From Verrucomicrobiota bacterium (GTDB lineage: Bacteria; Verrucomicrobiota; Verrucomicrobiia; Opitutales; Cerasicoccaceae): a DNA stretch of 64,000 nucleotides. The stretch is taken from contig JBCBUK010000013.1 in NCBI GenBank assembly GCA_039818205.1, positions 57,404-121,403 of the forward strand. Direction: 5' to 3'. A program made the translations under genes and the position numbers. The notes under the pieces were generated by a model. That model was not told the origin of the DNA. It saw only the letters and a list, made by a program, of their open reading frames with translations, and did not search any database. Positions 52,055-59,893 of the stretch are shown here, piece after piece (within the stretch, counting starts at the first letter, position 1; each line of letters starts with the position of its first letter).

Positions 52055-52441
52055 ATGAGGATATTGGTTTTGGATGACCGGCGAGAGTTTGCGCAGTTTG
52101 TTGCGCTGAAACTCAAGCGAAACTTTGGGCTGGAGGCCGAGACGTGCTATACCGTCGAAACAGCACTGGAGAGTCTGAAGAGGGACAGTTACGACGTGGT
52201 GATCTCTGATCTCCAAATTGGCTTTGATGACGCCTACGGGCTCATGGCTGGGGTGAAGTATATGGCCGCTGAGGGCTACTTTAAGGTGCTCCCCCGGTTT
52301 GCTGCCCTCACTTCCCACGGCGACCAGGCGGACCATCTGCTAGAAGCGGGGTTTGAGGTCGTCTGGGGCAAAGACCATTCGCACGAAGAATCATTTATTG
52401 CATCACTCGATGGGTTTCTTTTTCAAAGTGTGGTTGATTAG
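52055..52441 (+). CDS. Stand-alone response regulator receiver (CheY-like)
   Basis: ILVLDD, YDVVISD (phospho-Asp), ALTS, WGK; no output domain. Confidence 0.85.
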   Translation: MRILVLDDRREFAQFVALKLKRNFGLEAETCYTVETALESLKRDSYDVVISDLQIGFDDAYGLMAGVKYMAAEGYFKVLPRFAALTSHGDQADHLLEAGFEVVWGKDHSHEESFIASLDGFLFQSVVD

Positions 52442-55436
52442 TTCAGCTTTGTTGCTGTCTATCTTGAGCGCTGAAGGCCGTTATCTAGATCGCGTCTTTG
52501 ATGGGGACGACCATCCTTTTTTGGATGACATAAGGGTAACGATAGAAGATTCACGCGGCTTCATGTGGATAGGCAGCAACGAGGCTCTACTCTTTTACGA
52601 CGGAGTAGATTTTCTACCTGTTGATATCAATGGCGCCGATACCGTGATGGCTATCGCTGAGGATGAGTCTGGGCGAATCTGGATCGGTGCAAACGGTGAG
52701 TTAGGATACATCGACCGGGTCAATAATGGCGGTTTCGAGTATCGGTCGCTCATCAGCCACCTAGACCAAGATGATCCATTACCGAGCAACGTCTGGAATC
52801 TGCTATTTGTGGGTGATACAGTTTTCTGGATTGAGGAGAAGAACGTATACCAATGGGACGGGACTACTATGGCCACATGGCCGTTGCCAAATGCATATCG
52901 ACTGACCTCGTTCATAATCGACGGAGAGCTTTGGATTCATCAGCGCAATGTCGGTCTACGTAAGTGGGATGGCGAATCATTTGTCACCGTCTACGCGGAC
53001 AGTGACATTTTTCGGGAAGGAATAATCGAGGTCGCTCTAGTTGGTGGGCATTTACAGTTCTACACTTTTAGCGGAAAAGTTCTAATACTTGAGGAAGGCG
53101 AATTCAAAGAGAAATACGACTTGGCGGAAGACGTGTTTGATCTCACGCCGTGGCAAGATGGTTTTTTGGTGGCCGGAGAGAAGGCTCTTTTTTATCAGAA
53201 AGGAGAGCATATTGAAAAGATTTATGAACTTGCCGAAGGCTATTTTTGGCAAGCACGGGTTGTTGGAAATGATGTTTGGGCGGGTAGCAGTAACGGGCTT
53301 ATACACGTTCGAACCAACGGAAGTGAACTCTTCGAGACAGGGCTAGTTCTGGGCATGACAGAAACCCCAGATGGAGACTACCTTCTCGGAACTCAGGCAG
53401 GCGGAATGATCTATAAGGATGGGTCTTTCCGAAAGCTTGGCAGTGAACTAGCTTTCAACGTTTCGGAATGTAACGAGGGATATGTAATTGCGGGCATGTG
53501 GGAGGTTAAGCTCATGGGCGCATCTGAGGGCGTCAAACTAGACAACATAGCTGCGATACATACCCTAGTTCCCATTGGCGATGATCCTAGCCTATATTTG
53601 GGCTACGGAGTTTCGGGTTTGCAATTGTTTCGGGTGGATTCCGAATTGTCGGCTGTCGGTGAATTCGTGAGAATGGCTTGGCAATATCCAAACTCATTCA
53701 CGATGGTGAACGACAAGACCTTTTACATTGGGTCCACCAATGGCGGCTTGTGGCGAGGCACCATTACGAGCGACGACATCCAATCAGCTGAGGATATAGA
53801 AATGTTCATTGTTCAGCCCCGGGCCTTTGGAGTAGAGTCGGTTGCTTGGGCGAGGCCATTCATGATGGGGGAGCATCTCTTAGTGTTATGCAATACCGGT
53901 CTCTATCTCTACAATAGTCAGCAGCAACGATTTTACAGGACAAACGCATTTGAGAAGGATTTCCTAAAGAATAACCCCTTCACCATTCAGGCGTCTGTCG
54001 AAGACGAGCGCACGCTCTGGGTTATTTTTTCTAACAAGGAAGGTGCTTATATCCTGCGGAGATTGGATCGAAAGGGAAATGATTTTGCTTCAAGCGATTT
54101 CTTCGTTCCCGAGGCTGAGGAAGTTGATCCGATAGCATGGTTTAAATACGTGAAGGCTGAAGATGTTTTCATCTTTGGAGGTAATGGCCTAGTCAGATAC
54201 CTTGCGCCAGATTCTAGCCACAGCGAACCAACGCAAGAACCTGTTCTAATTTTTGCCGATAACGGTGGAGAGGAGGTTTCGATCGAAAACTTGACGGCGG
54301 CATTTCCCTTGAGTGGATTTGAACTTCGCCACGTATCGCCTTCGGCCATTTACGAGAGAATTGAATACCGAACGAAAATCGGGGACAGGGAATGGTCGGA
54401 ATTTAGTCCGAAGCCAGTAACGAAACTGTCAAAGCTATGGCCCGGTGAGTATGTCGTAAGCGTTCAAGCGAGAAGCATCGACGGTTCTTTTAGCGATGTA
54501 TCTTCGTTTGATTTTACAGTGCGAACCCCCTGGTGGATGGAGTGGTATAATTTAGCCATTGCCGCGACTTCGAGCGTGCTATCGATATCGCTTCTGCTCT
54601 GTGTTCTTATTAGGCCTTATCGGCGGCGAGTTCAGTCGCTTGAAAAAGAGATCGAAGTCGAGGGGAAGGTTTCTGAGCGATCAGCCAACTCGGGCAATCG
54701 AATGTTGAAGGATATCAAGCATGAGATTGAGGAGCCAATCAATGCTGCTAGGGCGAACCTCTATCTGCTGAATGATATGGTCGAAAAAGACCCGATTGCC
54801 CAGATGCATTGTGCAAAGTCAATGGATCTGATGGATACTGTAATGCGGATGGTGTCAGGCATGATCCAATTCCCAAAAATGATTAACGGGAAGGCCGTTG
54901 TTTGTGATGCGCCGTTCAATATTTACGATATCCGCAGCGAATTGATTGGAGTTTTCGAGCCAAAAGCGGAAAAGCAGAATGTCGTTTTAAGCATACCAAA
55001 GAACATGGACAAGCTTGAGGCGGTTTACCTGCGTGGCGATCGGGGAAAATTATTTCAAGTGATAAGTAATTTGGCTGGTAACGCCATTCGCCATGCGGGC
55101 ATGACGGATCAATTGGGGCTTGTTCGAGTTGTGTTGGCTTCTGTGCGGGTCGGTGATGGCAAGGCTAAGCTCATGGTCGCGGTCAGCGATAATGGTCCAG
55201 GCGTCCAAAGTCATTTGAAGAAAAAGATATTCAGTAGCTATTTTTCGACGGGTGATGAAAAACAGAACCTTGGGCTAGGTTTGTATCTTTCACAGATTCT
55301 TGTCGAAGCGATGGGGGGTAAGCTAGAGATTAGGGACAACACGCCACGGGGGGCTGTATTCCAATTTGAATTGGTTCTTGAGGTTGCCGAAGGGGCCGAT
55401 TCCACATCAACATCCAACACACAAAAGCATCAATAA
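52410..55436 (+). CDS. Membrane sensor histidine kinase with periplasmic beta-propeller and Y_Y_Y-like domain
   Basis: EDSRGFMWIGS / EDESGRIWIGA propeller repeats, LWPGEYVVSVQAR, PWW + TM, H-box KHEIEEPI, N-box QVISNLAGNA, DNGPG, GLGLYL. Confidence 0.9.
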   Translation: MGFFFKVWLISSALLLSILSAEGRYLDRVFDGDDHPFLDDIRVTIEDSRGFMWIGSNEALLFYDGVDFLPVDINGADTVMAIAEDESGRIWIGANGELGYIDRVNNGGFEYRSLISHLDQDDPLPSNVWNLLFVGDTVFWIEEKNVYQWDGTTMATWPLPNAYRLTSFIIDGELWIHQRNVGLRKWDGESFVTVYADSDIFREGIIEVALVGGHLQFYTFSGKVLILEEGEFKEKYDLAEDVFDLTPWQDGFLVAGEKALFYQKGEHIEKIYELAEGYFWQARVVGNDVWAGSSNGLIHVRTNGSELFETGLVLGMTETPDGDYLLGTQAGGMIYKDGSFRKLGSELAFNVSECNEGYVIAGMWEVKLMGASEGVKLDNIAAIHTLVPIGDDPSLYLGYGVSGLQLFRVDSELSAVGEFVRMAWQYPNSFTMVNDKTFYIGSTNGGLWRGTITSDDIQSAEDIEMFIVQPRAFGVESVAWARPFMMGEHLLVLCNTGLYLYNSQQQRFYRTNAFEKDFLKNNPFTIQASVEDERTLWVIFSNKEGAYILRRLDRKGNDFASSDFFVPEAEEVDPIAWFKYVKAEDVFIFGGNGLVRYLAPDSSHSEPTQEPVLIFADNGGEEVSIENLTAAFPLSGFELRHVSPSAIYERIEYRTKIGDREWSEFSPKPVTKLSKLWPGEYVVSVQARSIDGSFSDVSSFDFTVRTPWWMEWYNLAIAATSSVLSISLLLCVLIRPYRRRVQSLEKEIEVEGKVSERSANSGNRMLKDIKHEIEEPINAARANLYLLNDMVEKDPIAQMHCAKSMDLMDTVMRMVSGMIQFPKMINGKAVVCDAPFNIYDIRSELIGVFEPKAEKQNVVLSIPKNMDKLEAVYLRGDRGKLFQVISNLAGNAIRHAGMTDQLGLVRVVLASVRVGDGKAKLMVAVSDNGPGVQSHLKKKIFSSYFSTGDEKQNLGLGLYLSQILVEAMGGKLEIRDNTPRGAVFQFELVLEVAEGADSTSTSNTQKHQ

Positions 55437-55555
55437 TGAAAAAAATACTCACTGCGTTGTTTCAGACCGCAACCTATAATCTCGGCTACCGCTCGGCACC
55501 AGACCTGCCGACCGTCGAAACAAAGGCGTGGCCGTCGTTCCCGAGCGGATTCTAG
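55436..55555 (+). CDS. Putative 39-aa peptide translationally coupled to the kinase
   Basis: TAATG stop/start overlap; MKKILTALFQTATYNLGYRSAPDLPTVETKAWPSFPSGF*. Confidence 0.4.
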   Translation: MKKILTALFQTATYNLGYRSAPDLPTVETKAWPSFPSGF

Positions 55556-55569
55556 GGGCTGATAAATAG

Positions 55570-56604
55570 TTACTTCGCAAGTGCCTTGGACAATGCAGCC
55601 GAGGCACTTTTCTTTTTCTTAGATTTGAATGCCCGATAGTTCAAAAAGAACTTCATCGCGGTTTCTGCGTCACATTGCTGTTCTTCCATTATCTGCTCGA
55701 TGGACAGGAAAACATCGTCCGGGATGACCTTGTATTTGAGTAGCTTTGCGGCGCGCTCGACGGGGACGCTCCAAATGAGTGCCGCTTCTTCCGGCGTGTT
55801 TTCGTTGCGGAATCGCTCGGAAAATTCTTCGCTGCTTTCGCCTGTTCGAATGTAGGGGGCGTAGGGTGTGGACTTGCCCGGCGGTAGTCCGTATTCGCGG
55901 CTTGGCGTGGCCGAGCTCGGCGGTGGGCTGGCATCAATATCAATTGGGCTGGGCTGATTCTTTCTGTCATACCAGCCTAAGATTTGAGGGTCATCGCCTT
56001 CGCGGATCACGATCTCGGGATAAATCGGATTGATCGACTCAAGGATCTTTACTCGTTTCCCTCCGCCTCGGGGTGAATCGTAGCTTAAGCCTTCGTCAAC
56101 TTCGTCTTGTGTTGCGGGTCTTGTGTTGTAGCGCTTGAGAGTGCGTTCGCCCTTGATCAGGAAGCAGTAAATTTCACCCTTTTTAACATGCGGATTGTTC
56201 AGCGATTCGGGTTTGCGGATCACAACAGTCTGACCGTCTTTGATTTCGGGGGCCATGCTGTCACCAAATACTTTTAGGGCGAAATGATCCGCATTGTAGT
56301 TTTCTTTGAGTTTAACTTCGAATTCATCCCCCGATATCGGAGAGCCCGCCGCGACACCGTAGCAGGGGAGACTAAACCAATCGGAATCAGTAGCTTGCGC
56401 ATTTCCCACAAATGGAACAATTCCATCGATCGTTTCGGGGGTTGATTCTTCTTTCGCATCTTCAAGGAACTCCCTGATCGCAATCCGTGTTAGCTCGGAG
56501 AAGTCGATGTTCAATTCTTCAGCGCGATCCTCAGCGCGATTATATAGATCGACGGGAAGTCTAAATGCTTTGTGAACTTGAGGTTGTGCCCTTTTCTTTG
56601 CCAT
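55570..56604 (-). CDS. Prophage repressor: N-terminal ribbon-helix-helix, S24 (LexA/CI) peptidase, extra C-terminal domain
   Basis: HKAFRLPVDLY..AE..AEE..IDFSELTRIAIREFL (RHH pattern); VAAG cleavage site, GDSM (Ser), TLKRY (Lys). Confidence 0.85.
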   Translation of the reverse strand: MAKKRAQPQVHKAFRLPVDLYNRAEDRAEELNIDFSELTRIAIREFLEDAKEESTPETIDGIVPFVGNAQATDSDWFSLPCYGVAAGSPISGDEFEVKLKENYNADHFALKVFGDSMAPEIKDGQTVVIRKPESLNNPHVKKGEIYCFLIKGERTLKRYNTRPATQDEVDEGLSYDSPRGGGKRVKILESINPIYPEIVIREGDDPQILGWYDRKNQPSPIDIDASPPPSSATPSREYGLPPGKSTPYAPYIRTGESSEEFSERFRNENTPEEAALIWSVPVERAAKLLKYKVIPDDVFLSIEQIMEEQQCDAETAMKFFLNYRAFKSKKKKSASAALSKALAK

Positions 56605-56679
56605 TGTCTGTCTGTCAAACAAACAGAAAAATTCTGCAAAATTCAAACATTTTCAGAAAAGTCGTTGACGCTTAGTAAG

Positions 56680-56854
56680 AACTGTGCAACAAACAAACAC
56701 ATAATGACTGAAGAGATAAAGAAATCTTGCGCAATGCCAATCGACCTCTGGGAGAAGGTAGAAGCTCACATGAAGGAGCAGGATACCGATTTTTCAAAAG
56801 TATGTCGGCGGGCTCTTCGTTTTTATTTGGACAAAACTGTGCAACAAACAAACA
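56680..56854. repeat. Exact 20-bp direct repeat AACTGTGCAACAAACAAACA (56680-56699 and 56835-56854), candidate operator
   Basis: Each copy lies just upstream of a start codon (56704 and 56865). Confidence 0.75.
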
Positions 56855-56862
56855 AACGCTAG
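56704..56862 (+). CDS. Small RHH DNA-binding protein in the Cro position
   Basis: KKSCAMPIDLWEKVEAHMKEQDTDFSKVCRRALRFYL, similar to the repressor N-domain. Confidence 0.75.
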   Translation: MTEEIKKSCAMPIDLWEKVEAHMKEQDTDFSKVCRRALRFYLDKTVQQTNKR

Positions 56863-56864
56863 CG

Positions 56865-57215
56865 ATGCCAACTAACCCACTAGGAGCCGGAACCCGCAAC
56901 CGGACAACCAATCTTCCGAAGCCGTTGGATTCTGTCGTTTCCCGGCTAGCCTTTGAAAGCGACATGTCTGTCTCAGCATACTTGCGCCAACTTGCGAAAG
57001 AGGCGGCAGAGCAAGGGCGGATTATCGTCAATGAGGACAAGCGGCAGCTCGCTCTTGGGATTTCCTGTGCGTTGCTGCTCGGTATCGGTTTTGGCTCAAC
57101 AATTTCAATCAGCGTCATGGGGCAAAATGAGCCACGAGCTGCCCAAGTTCAAAGGACTAAGGGCCGCCGTCGTGACGAGAGCATTTTCGACCTGGAAAAC
57201 GAACTAGTAGCATGA
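56865..57215 (+). CDS. RHH-like protein with a hydrophobic C-terminal segment
   Basis: NRTTNLPKPLDSVVSRLAFESDMSVSAYLRQL followed by LALGISCALLLGIGFG. Confidence 0.65.
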   Translation: MPTNPLGAGTRNRTTNLPKPLDSVVSRLAFESDMSVSAYLRQLAKEAAEQGRIIVNEDKRQLALGISCALLLGIGFGSTISISVMGQNEPRAAQVQRTKGRRRDESIFDLENELVA

Positions 57216-57331
57216 ACCACCAACCACAAAACCAAACACCCTTCGAGAAGGAATCCGAACTAGGAGCCAAGTTGCTGGCTTTCACCTATCTGGCAGTCGT
57301 GGTCCTAGGAGTGATTTTAACCACCAAATAA
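57212..57331 (+). CDS. Putative 39-aa membrane peptide
   Basis: ATGA overlap with the upstream stop; MNHQPQNQTPFEKESELGAKLLAFTYLAVVVLGVILTTK*. Confidence 0.5.
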   Translation: MNHQPQNQTPFEKESELGAKLLAFTYLAVVVLGVILTTK

Positions 57332-57338
57332 TTGAACG

Positions 57339-57674
57339 ATGAATGAGATAACTAAAATTGATAAATCAATCTTGGATGAGATAACCGCCGAACAGGTTGA
57401 AGCCTGGTTGGCAGCGAAACTTCATTCAACTCGGGAAACGTTTCCGGTCTCTCAAATCGAGATCTCAGTTTCGAAGCTCCCAAATCTTTCGAACTACTAC
57501 GCATCTTATACCGCCCATGCGCCGGGAGCCTGTGAAGTAGCACGCGGAAGTTTCGATGGTGCGATTAACAAGGTCTGCGAAGGCTTTGACCCAAAACGCA
57601 AATCTGAAGAAATGCGTAAGCAGGCTCAGGTCTTGATCAGCAAAGCTAACGAACTGGAAGCAGTCAGCGCATAG
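57339..57674 (+). CDS. Phage hypothetical protein
   Basis: 111-aa ORF in the tightly packed early operon. Confidence 0.6.
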   Translation: MNEITKIDKSILDEITAEQVEAWLAAKLHSTRETFPVSQIEISVSKLPNLSNYYASYTAHAPGACEVARGSFDGAINKVCEGFDPKRKSEEMRKQAQVLISKANELEAVSA

Positions 57675-57687
57675 CACTTACTAAGCC

Positions 57688-57936
57688 ATGCTTGAAGAAG
57701 TGGACATTGCCCGGATTTGTGACGGCTTAAAGCTCCGCCTTAAGGAGGAGGGATGGGTTTTGATTAAGGCAAAAGAAGTCAAGCAACTGCCGGTTTCTAT
57801 GACCCTTAAAGACGCGGCCAAAGAGCTGGGAATCCACCGTCATACTGCAAGGGCAATGGTTGAGCGTGGCGAGCTCAAGAAGAACAGCCAGGGACGAGTT
57901 CCCGCCAGCGAGATACGCCGACTTCAAGGAGTTTAA
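57688..57936 (+). CDS. Excisionase-like HTH DNA-binding protein
   Basis: MTLKDAAKELGIHRHTARAMVERGEL....GRVPASEI. Confidence 0.75.
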   Translation: MLEEVDIARICDGLKLRLKEEGWVLIKAKEVKQLPVSMTLKDAAKELGIHRHTARAMVERGELKKNSQGRVPASEIRRLQGV

Positions 57937-58001
57937 CCCCTCCCGAAACTCAAGGCCAAATCAATCAAAGGGGAGGGGCCAATTTAAAAAACAAAACAAC
58001 G

Positions 58002-58826
58002 ATGAAAAGTAAGATCAAAGAACCAGGAATATACTACGATGTATCATATGAAGAATATGACAAAATCGAGGCATTCCGCAGCACGGACCTAAAAACCGCG
58101 TGCATTCACGGGCTCAAAGCCTTCCGCCGAAACGAACTTCAAAAACGCCCCCCAAGCTATGCGCTTGATTTTGGCCGGGCAATGCATGCGTGCATGGAGC
58201 GGGGAGAAAGGCCCTTTATTATCCAGGCCACCGAAGTCACGCCATACTGCAAATCGTGGACTGCACTTCAGAAGAATAACCCGGATGCAATTATCGTCAA
58301 ACCTGGAGACCTCGAACTCATTCAGGAGCTAGTTAAAGCTCTAGCGGCTCACCCACGAAGCGGCGCGATGGTAGAGAGCACGGAATACACTGAAGTCACG
58401 CTTCTCTGGAAGTGCCCAGTTACGGGCGAGATGATCAAGTCAAGGATTGACTCTCTTTGCTCTCTCACATCGGCAACCGATTGGAAGACGACTGACAACG
58501 TTCAAGAGATCAACATTCGCCGCGCTATCGCCAAATTCGGATACGACATTCAACAGGCGATGATTCGCGACGGATTGCACCAACTGGGTGAAAGTCACCG
58601 ACGGGAATTCTACAATGTTTTCATTGAGAAAGAACGGGTGATGCCTGACATCGCGATCTATCAATTTAACACCGCCGAGCTAAACGATGGTAGCCGCAAG
58701 TATCGAGAGGCCATTGAAGCTATCAAGAAAGCTCGTGAGGCGAACGAGTGGCCAGGGCTTCACTCAAATGTGATTACAGGCCTAGAAGGCTTTGACGATT
58801 CGTTTAGCTTTGGAGGAGCAGCATAA
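58002..58826 (+). CDS. PD-(D/E)XK exonuclease, RecE/exonuclease VIII (DUF3799)-like
   Basis: PGIYYDVSYEEY, ALDFGRAMH, EVTLLW, KSRID...DWKTT, FGYDIQQA, WPG. Confidence 0.8.
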   Translation: MKSKIKEPGIYYDVSYEEYDKIEAFRSTDLKTACIHGLKAFRRNELQKRPPSYALDFGRAMHACMERGERPFIIQATEVTPYCKSWTALQKNNPDAIIVKPGDLELIQELVKALAAHPRSGAMVESTEYTEVTLLWKCPVTGEMIKSRIDSLCSLTSATDWKTTDNVQEINIRRAIAKFGYDIQQAMIRDGLHQLGESHRREFYNVFIEKERVMPDIAIYQFNTAELNDGSRKYREAIEAIKKAREANEWPGLHSNVITGLEGFDDSFSFGGAA

Positions 58827-59251
58827 TGGCCGCCGAGAAATGTCAGATGCTTACCGCCCGCGATCTTGGATATGTAGGCGATGGAAACGAAAACCCAGTT
58901 GAGGTCATTATTGACGGCTTTGTTGGTAAGGGCGAATTGCGCCGCGAGGATGGAACCAAGACCGAAGGGGTATCCGTGCGATTTAAAGGCGCGAAGAGAG
59001 CCCTTGAGCTAAACAAGAGCAATGAAACTCTGATGCGGATTGCATGCGGGGTTTCGATCAACTGCGACCATTCCGAGTGCATCGGCAAGAAGGTGTCTTT
59101 GACTGTTCGCTGGGTTGATAACCGGGGCGACATCGTTCCCGCTGTTCGATTCGTAATCACCGATGAGCAGATCGCTCTTTTACCCTCTCAGCTTCGCGGG
59201 CGCAACTTGGCCCAATCAATCGGCAAGCCAATTCCTTGGAGCCGGAACTAG
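58826..59251 (+). CDS. Phage protein coupled to the RecE-like nuclease; candidate ssDNA-binding/annealing partner
   Basis: TAATG overlap; L.A.DL...F....K.L.LNKSN...G....IGK.V.L pattern. Confidence 0.55.
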   Translation: MAAEKCQMLTARDLGYVGDGNENPVEVIIDGFVGKGELRREDGTKTEGVSVRFKGAKRALELNKSNETLMRIACGVSINCDHSECIGKKVSLTVRWVDNRGDIVPAVRFVITDEQIALLPSQLRGRNLAQSIGKPIPWSRN

Positions 59252-59440
59252 ACAATTACGACAAGTAGGGCAGAGCCTGAAAGGACAAGTAGGGAAACGC
59301 AATGAGAGTGGTTAGAAATCCAAACCAGTGGAGCGCAGGTTGTTGGTTCCTGTTGGCGACACACTATTAGGTTTGGGGCAGTTTGCGCGGGGCCTGCTTA
59401 TCAAAACCGCGCACCAATTTAACAACGAACCAAACGAACG

Positions 59441-59893
59441 ATGAGCAAGAAAGTAGAAACTGACCTAGTCAAAATGGTGATGACACGGAACGGCTTAGAT
59501 GGCCCCACCGTTGCCCAGATTATTGAAGACATCAACTCGGAGCTACAGGCTCAAACGGAAGACGAAGAAAAGCCGCCACCAATCAAGAAGCAATTCGTCA
59601 TGGTGGTCTCTGATCCAGAAGACACCTTGAACGGAAAGATTCTGACGGGTTGGGTTCTCCAGATCCCCGAAGAAGATAGCCCGCACGTAGCCGAAGAGCG
59701 CCTATTCCGCCTGGGCTATGAATACAACATGAGCAAGAAGGGACGGCGCGTCCCCGTTAAAACCGTCGCTGAGATTTGCGAGAACGTTCCTGCCCGCATT
59801 CAGAAAGAGCAAAAGGTGTGGGTGAAGACCAAGGAGCCGGTTTACGCCATTCCAACCCGCAACAAGCTGCCCACGGAGGCGAAAGACCTATGA
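59441..59893 (+). CDS. Hypothetical protein
   Basis: 150-aa ORF, ATGA overlap with the clamp gene. Confidence 0.7.
   Translation: MSKKVETDLVKMVMTRNGLDGPTVAQIIEDINSELQAQTEDEEKPPPIKKQFVMVVSDPEDTLNGKILTGWVLQIPEEDSPHVAEERLFRLGYEYNMSKKGRRVPVKTVAEICENVPARIQKEQKVWVKTKEPVYAIPTRNKLPTEAKDL

Noticed and set aside
59776..59889. N-terminal extension of phage DnaN in the ORF track
   Set aside because: Overlaps the upstream gene; ATG 59890 gives the canonical MKF start with ATGA coupling
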